Source of the DNA: Candidatus Moraniibacteriota bacterium
GTDB taxonomy: Bacteria > Patescibacteriota > Minisyncoccia > Moranbacterales > GCA-2747515
DNA length: 64,000 nt
NCBI GenBank assembly: GCA_027031495.1
Contig: JALVQA010000014.1
Location: 849-64,848, forward strand
Reading direction: 5' to 3'
The first letter of the stretch is position 1, and each line of letters begins with the position of its first letter. The notes beneath the pieces were generated by a model that saw nothing but the letters and a program-made list of their open reading frames with translations, did no database searches and was not told the DNA's origin. Both the position numbers and the translations under genes were made by a program. Positions 60,117 to 64,000 of this stretch are shown here, in pieces.

Positions 60117-60818
60117 TCACCTCAGCCACTGAAAGGATGTAATAATCCCTTTTATGGCTCCAATATTATTTGCACGTTTTTCATCCTCTTTTACCCAGAC
60201 TGACAGATTTCTATTATTTCCATTGAACTCAACCACAAATCCACCGACTTTCAGAGGTGTGTCTACATTATCAATGTTGTGACCATATATGTGATATACA
60301 GACCCATTTGTCATTCTGACAAATCGCGGGTTTAGAAAATTCTCTCCATCAACTTTTTTCTTTTCTAACTGTTCAACATATTTCCGCATTTTGTACTTTG
60401 TCATCATATACCCAATACCTTCTAGAAAAAGACTATTGGGGGGCGACACTCTATCATTATCACTAAAACTGATGATTGGACGCGCATCCGGTGATGGCGC
60501 GATTTTTAAAAAGCTGGCATCACGCGGATTGTACTCTATGTGCCAATCACGTGGCACGTTGATTGTGAAGCCGTATTCTTTGCTGTAGAATGTTTTCCAG
60601 TTTGATGTATCTATGGTGGTCGTAGCAAAAGGAAATACCGTTCCATATTTCTTGAGAAATGCGCCCATATTTTTCTGGTAGAATGTTGTGTATGTGCCGG
60701 TTTTGTAGGCGTAGTGGTACCCGATTGCATCACGGAGGCTATAGATGCTTATACCGATGATGACAAGAAGTATGGAAGTGACTACTCTTCGCAATGGTGT
60801 TTGTGGGAAGATCTGCAT
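60117..60818 (-). CDS. Hypothetical membrane-anchored protein (233 aa from MQIFPQ).
   Basis: One N-terminal TM helix (VVTSILLVIIGISIY). AT-rich (~38% GC). The ORF-track start at 60869 lies inside repeat copy B, so the shorter start was chosen. Confidence 0.6.
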   Translation of the reverse strand: MQIFPQTPLRRVVTSILLVIIGISIYSLRDAIGYHYAYKTGTYTTFYQKNMGAFLKKYGTVFPFATTTIDTSNWKTFYSKEYGFTINVPRDWHIEYNPRDASFLKIAPSPDARPIISFSDNDRVSPPNSLFLEGIGYMMTKYKMRKYVEQLEKKKVDGENFLNPRFVRMTNGSVYHIYGHNIDNVDTPLKVGGFVVEFNGNNRNLSVWVKEDEKRANNIGAIKGIITSFQWLR

Positions 60819-60823
60819 AGAAC

Positions 60824-62041
60824 TTATACGTCTTTTTCTGTTATACACGCCGCCACCTCGTGCGCGCACCGCGCCCAGCTGAAGTGTGCGAGGTTCGCGT
60901 GACCTCTGGCTATTATATCATGCCGCAGTGCGTCATCGGTAGCGAGGCGCTCCAGCGCAGCGCTGATTGCCGCTGTGTCTGTCGGGTCCACCAAGAGTGC
61001 ACTGTCACCGGCGACTTCCGGCAATGACGATACACCGGATGTGACCACCGGCACGCCCACGCTCTGCGCCTCCAGCACTGGCAACCCAAACCCCTCGTAG
61101 AGCGTCGGGAAGACAAACGCCATCGCACCGCGCATCAGTGCCCATTTCTCTCCATCACTGACAAACCCCATCTCTACGATATCTGCCGTGTGCTGCGCGC
61201 GTGCAATCGCCGCCGCAACGTGCGCATACCCATATCCACGACCACCGGCAAGCACCAGTTTGTGCGGCAGACCCGTGCGCGCCTTGAACGCGTCAAATGC
61301 CGCAACCACGCGTGCGATGTTTTTGCGCTCCTCCAGGCGTCCCACAAAGAAAAAGTACGGCGCATCACCAACGCGTGCCGCTACCATAGCCGCATCCTGC
61401 GCACGCGCCGGCGGCGCCGCATTGACGCCCTCGTACACCACGCGCATTTTCGCCGGCGCAACGCCGTACAGCCGCGCGACATCGCGCCGCGTGTTCTCGC
61501 TAACCGTAATAATCCGCCGTGCCCACCGGCACGACAGCCGAATCGTCGTGCGCATATACTGCCGCGCCCATACACTGTAGGCCTGTGGTGTCATCTCATA
61601 CTCCAGTCCGTGCACAACTACCACCGTATTGCGCGGGTGCACCCACGGCACCGTGTGCGCCGGCACCAAGAGCGCATCGGGGCGGTCGCGCCACATCGAG
61701 AACGCCAGCCCCACTTGCGTCCACGCGCGTCGCAATCCGATCACGCGCACATGCCATGCGTCCGGCAATGCAAAAAAATGCTTCTCAATCCACGCACGCG
61801 GATTGCGCGCTGCTGCACCGGCAAACCGTACATACAGCACCACGTGGTGGAAGCGCAGTGGCGCGCGCAGGTGCTTCACGAGCTGATACGCGTACTCCTC
61901 AATCCCCGTGCGCTCGTGCACAAAAGACCGCGATGCGTCAATCGTGATGACATATTCTTTATGGTGAGCACGCTTCCTTTCTCTGCGCTTTTTCTTTATA
62001 TACATCATGTCTGTAATCTTTATTACTGCGGTTTGTGGCAT
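60824..62041 (-). CDS. Glycosyltransferase family 4, GC-rich (~62%).
   Basis: EGFGLPVLEAQSVGVPVVTS EX7E motif. 405 aa. The C-terminal ~30 codons run through repeat copy B. Confidence 0.8.
   Translation of the reverse strand: MPQTAVIKITDMMYIKKKRRERKRAHHKEYVITIDASRSFVHERTGIEEYAYQLVKHLRAPLRFHHVVLYVRFAGAAARNPRAWIEKHFFALPDAWHVRVIGLRRAWTQVGLAFSMWRDRPDALLVPAHTVPWVHPRNTVVVVHGLEYEMTPQAYSVWARQYMRTTIRLSCRWARRIITVSENTRRDVARLYGVAPAKMRVVYEGVNAAPPARAQDAAMVAARVGDAPYFFFVGRLEERKNIARVVAAFDAFKARTGLPHKLVLAGGRGYGYAHVAAAIARAQHTADIVEMGFVSDGEKWALMRGAMAFVFPTLYEGFGLPVLEAQSVGVPVVTSGVSSLPEVAGDSALLVDPTDTAAISAALERLATDDALRHDIIARGHANLAHFSWARCAHEVAACITEKDV
60832..60924. repeat. 93-nt repeat, copy B. Lies between the GT4 stop and the start of the 60117-60818 gene.
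   Basis: See copy A. Confidence 0.85.
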
Positions 62042-62439
62042 CGTGCAATACGCTCCGGCGAAAACGTGCGTAGCGCACGCCTCTGCTCGCGATAGTCCGG
62101 CATACGATGCTCTACCAATCGCCAGAAAGCTGCAGAGTGATTCATCTCAGTCAGGTGGCACAGTTCGTGTATAATCACGTAATCACGCACACGCGGCGGT
62201 AAAAACAAAAGGCCGTAGTGAAAATTAAGATTACCACGCGATGAACAACTTCCCCATCGCGTGCATGTATTGCGAATAGCAATGCGTCCATATGTTATAT
62301 CACAGCGACGTGCAAGCGTAGAAACGCGCTGGATGATCACCTTGCGCGCCTGTGCTTTGTACTTTCTATAGTGAGCATCTGATGTGCTGTTTGGACGACG
62401 TCGCTTTCTTGTGGTTTGCTTTTTTATAATCCACCACAT
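62023..62439 (-). CDS. Short DUF45/YgjP-like (SprT/WLM-type) zinc metallohydrolase-domain protein.
   Basis: HELCHLTEMNHSAAFW matches the YgjP-family HExxH..H.FW motif. At 138 aa it is shorter than typical family members. Confidence 0.55.
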   Translation of the reverse strand: MWWIIKKQTTRKRRRPNSTSDAHYRKYKAQARKVIIQRVSTLARRCDITYGRIAIRNTCTRWGSCSSRGNLNFHYGLLFLPPRVRDYVIIHELCHLTEMNHSAAFWRLVEHRMPDYREQRRALRTFSPERIARCHKPQ

Positions 62440-62445
62440 AGGGTT

Positions 62446-64000
62446 CTATCTTTCGTGCATTTTATCTTCTATGCAAAGACGCACAAGACGTAACTGTGTA
62501 TACGTGTATTTCCCGCGCATCGCACGGTACACTGGCGAGAGTTTTGTTGTTGCGCGAGCAGTGAAAGCATCTGTAATCTCTCGCAGAACACCTTCGTCAA
62601 TGCTCTCAGCAATGTAGGAAAGATCTAGTGTTGGCTCCTTGTCGCGTATTTTTTCAATGTGACTGATAATCGTTTCCACTGTCATACCGCGATGCGCGGC
62701 AATCTCTTCCACCGCCACTTTTTGCATAACAAGTTCGCGTGTAATATCACATGTTGACTTCTTGCGTAATGCGCACACACGCATCAAAAATGCTTGTTGC
62801 GCATCCGTCAACGTGCCATTTTCTTCTTGTTCATAGAGCCATGCTTCCGTCTCCTCGGCACGCCCACGCATGGCAGCGTCAAGTTCTCGTACACGCTCAT
62901 CAATCATGAGTGCTGTATCATTAAGACCGATTAGTGAAAGAGTTTTGAGCGATCGTACACGTGAGAGCGCAACATATCCCATACCGGAAACAAACGACTT
63001 TGATAAATCAACAACAGCGGCATCCAATGTCATACCCTGACTCTTATGTACTGTAATTGCCCATGCCAGGCGAAGAGGAATTTGTCGCACGCTTGCAAGC
63101 GGTACGCCATCATCCTCAATGCTCCACGTTACCGGCTCGGCAACAATCTCATCACCACTGTATGCCTTTACGATCGGCAAACCTTTTTCTGTAAAGGCAA
63201 TAACTGTACCAAGTGTACCGTTCGCATACCCGGCGTCAAAGTTATTTTTCACAAACATTACAACTGCACCAACGCGCACGACAAGCTCCTCTGGCGCAAG
63301 ACATGAGCGACGTAGCGTGTGTACAAGATTTTCCTTTCCTTCCTGCGTCATTATATAGCGCCGCCCTTCTGTCTCAAGCGTTTGTAAATACTCATTATTA
63401 AGACGATCAACATCAATGTTATGCGTGTACAGACGTGTCGGCACCGTCGCGCCATCAAGCGGCGCACCGATGCGTTGCCGCAAGATACGATAGAGATCCT
63501 CGTTTACCGCGCCCTCACGCAGCGCATTGAGTATATCTGTAAGTGCGTCGTCATCGTGACGATGTTGTGTGCTTAAGTAGCACACATGCACATCAGCGTT
63601 TTTCCACGCCTCCGACTCTGCTGCAAAAAACGGGTCATCATAGGAAAAATCCTCCCCCTCTTTTGGACGACGTGTTGCAACTGGCGGCAATTGAAAAAAG
63701 TCACCACAAAAAATTACTTGCATGCCACCAAACGGCTTGTCACTTTCCTTAAATGCGCGACAAACACGGTCAACCATATCAATGACATGTGCAGCAAGCA
63801 TTGAAACCTCGTCAATAATGAGAATTTGGGTGTTACGCATTCTCTTTTTGAGCTGTTGGCGCGATAGAAGTACATCAATATCTTTCTGCGTCAGGTCATC
63901 TTTAATGCCAATACCACTCCACGCATGAATCGTCATACCATTGATATGTGTTGCTGCAATGCCTGTTGACGCTGTAACCCCGACGCCGATTTCATGTTCA
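62446..64000 (-). CDS. Pif1/RecD-family helicase, partial. The 5' end lies beyond the window.
   Basis: Frame stays open to 64000. Shows GIAATHINGMTIHAWSGIG (motif Ia-like), ILIIDEVSM (motif II), VHKSQGMTLD (motif V/VI), and a C-terminal HTH-like tail. Confidence 0.8.
   Translation of the reverse strand, partial: EHEIGVGVTASTGIAATHINGMTIHAWSGIGIKDDLTQKDIDVLLSRQQLKKRMRNTQILIIDEVSMLAAHVIDMVDRVCRAFKESDKPFGGMQVIFCGDFFQLPPVATRRPKEGEDFSYDDPFFAAESEAWKNADVHVCYLSTQHRHDDDALTDILNALREGAVNEDLYRILRQRIGAPLDGATVPTRLYTHNIDVDRLNNEYLQTLETEGRRYIMTQEGKENLVHTLRRSCLAPEELVVRVGAVVMFVKNNFDAGYANGTLGTVIAFTEKGLPIVKAYSGDEIVAEPVTWSIEDDGVPLASVRQIPLRLAWAITVHKSQGMTLDAAVVDLSKSFVSGMGYVALSRVRSLKTLSLIGLNDTALMIDERVRELDAAMRGRAEETEAWLYEQEENGTLTDAQQAFLMRVCALRKKSTCDITRELVMQKVAVEEIAAHRGMTVETIISHIEKIRDKEPTLDLSYIAESIDEGVLREITDAFTARATTKLSPVYRAMRGKYTYTQLRLVRLCIEDKMHER

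Noticed and set aside
61190-62095. 301-aa + strand ORF (and several 60-140-aa ORFs) antisense to the GC-rich GT4 gene.
   Set aside because: High-GC DNA produces long stop-free antisense frames. The Arg/Ala/Pro-rich translation is typical of such artefacts. The GT4 frame carries the EX7E motif.

Overview
This 64 kb window is a gene-dense bacterial chromosomal segment with a compact, small-genome architecture and a background GC of roughly 45%. All of the following rests on reading motifs by eye, with no searches or computed statistics.

Conserved housekeeping genes provide the backbone: rpoB and rpoC, valS, trpS, gyrA, tsaD, pyk, pgi, ychF, trmB, rnj, holB, secG, pilM and a DppA-type substrate-binding protein. 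There are four tRNA genes: tRNA-Arg(TCT), tRNA-Ile(GAT) and tRNA-Ala(TGC) as a standalone pair, and tRNA-Leu(CAG). A mannose/sugar-nucleotide cluster covers 34.6-40.1 kb (phosphohexomutase, WecB-like epimerase, ManC, an RHH-nucleotidyltransferase fusion, an HAD-IIB phosphatase).

Interleaved with these are compositionally anomalous patches:
- A GC-rich (~55-60%) foreign-looking gene for a coiled-coil protein at 8.2-9.0 kb. It sits in a 3.5 kb island between the rpoC terminator and the 3' end of tRNA-Arg, together with an unrecognisable 646-aa Cys-rich protein.
- A GC-rich (~60%) 0.8 kb patch at 41.2-41.9 kb. It carries one member of a three-copy uncharacterised paralog family (40254-40976, 41242-41820, 47618-48211) that I cannot assign to any known family.
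- A GC-rich GT4 glycosyltransferase gene (60.9-62.0 kb).
- An AT-rich (~35%) island at 16.1-19.0 kb with NUDIX and protein-kinase-like genes.

Other notable items:
- A 1080-aa protein built from about 10 tandem 40-aa repeats, encoded by near-identical 120-nt DNA repeats.
- Two 93-nt direct repeats (94% identical) bracketing a two-gene secreted/membrane-protein cassette at 58.1-60.9 kb. On the minus strand they carry a GGCATGATATAAT promoter-like motif.
- A bacterial SET-domain protein.
- An isopentenyl-phosphate-kinase-like gene overlapping tsaD.
- Excalibur and thrombospondin-type-3 calcium-binding surface proteins.

No CRISPR arrays, rRNA genes, transposases or integrases were seen.
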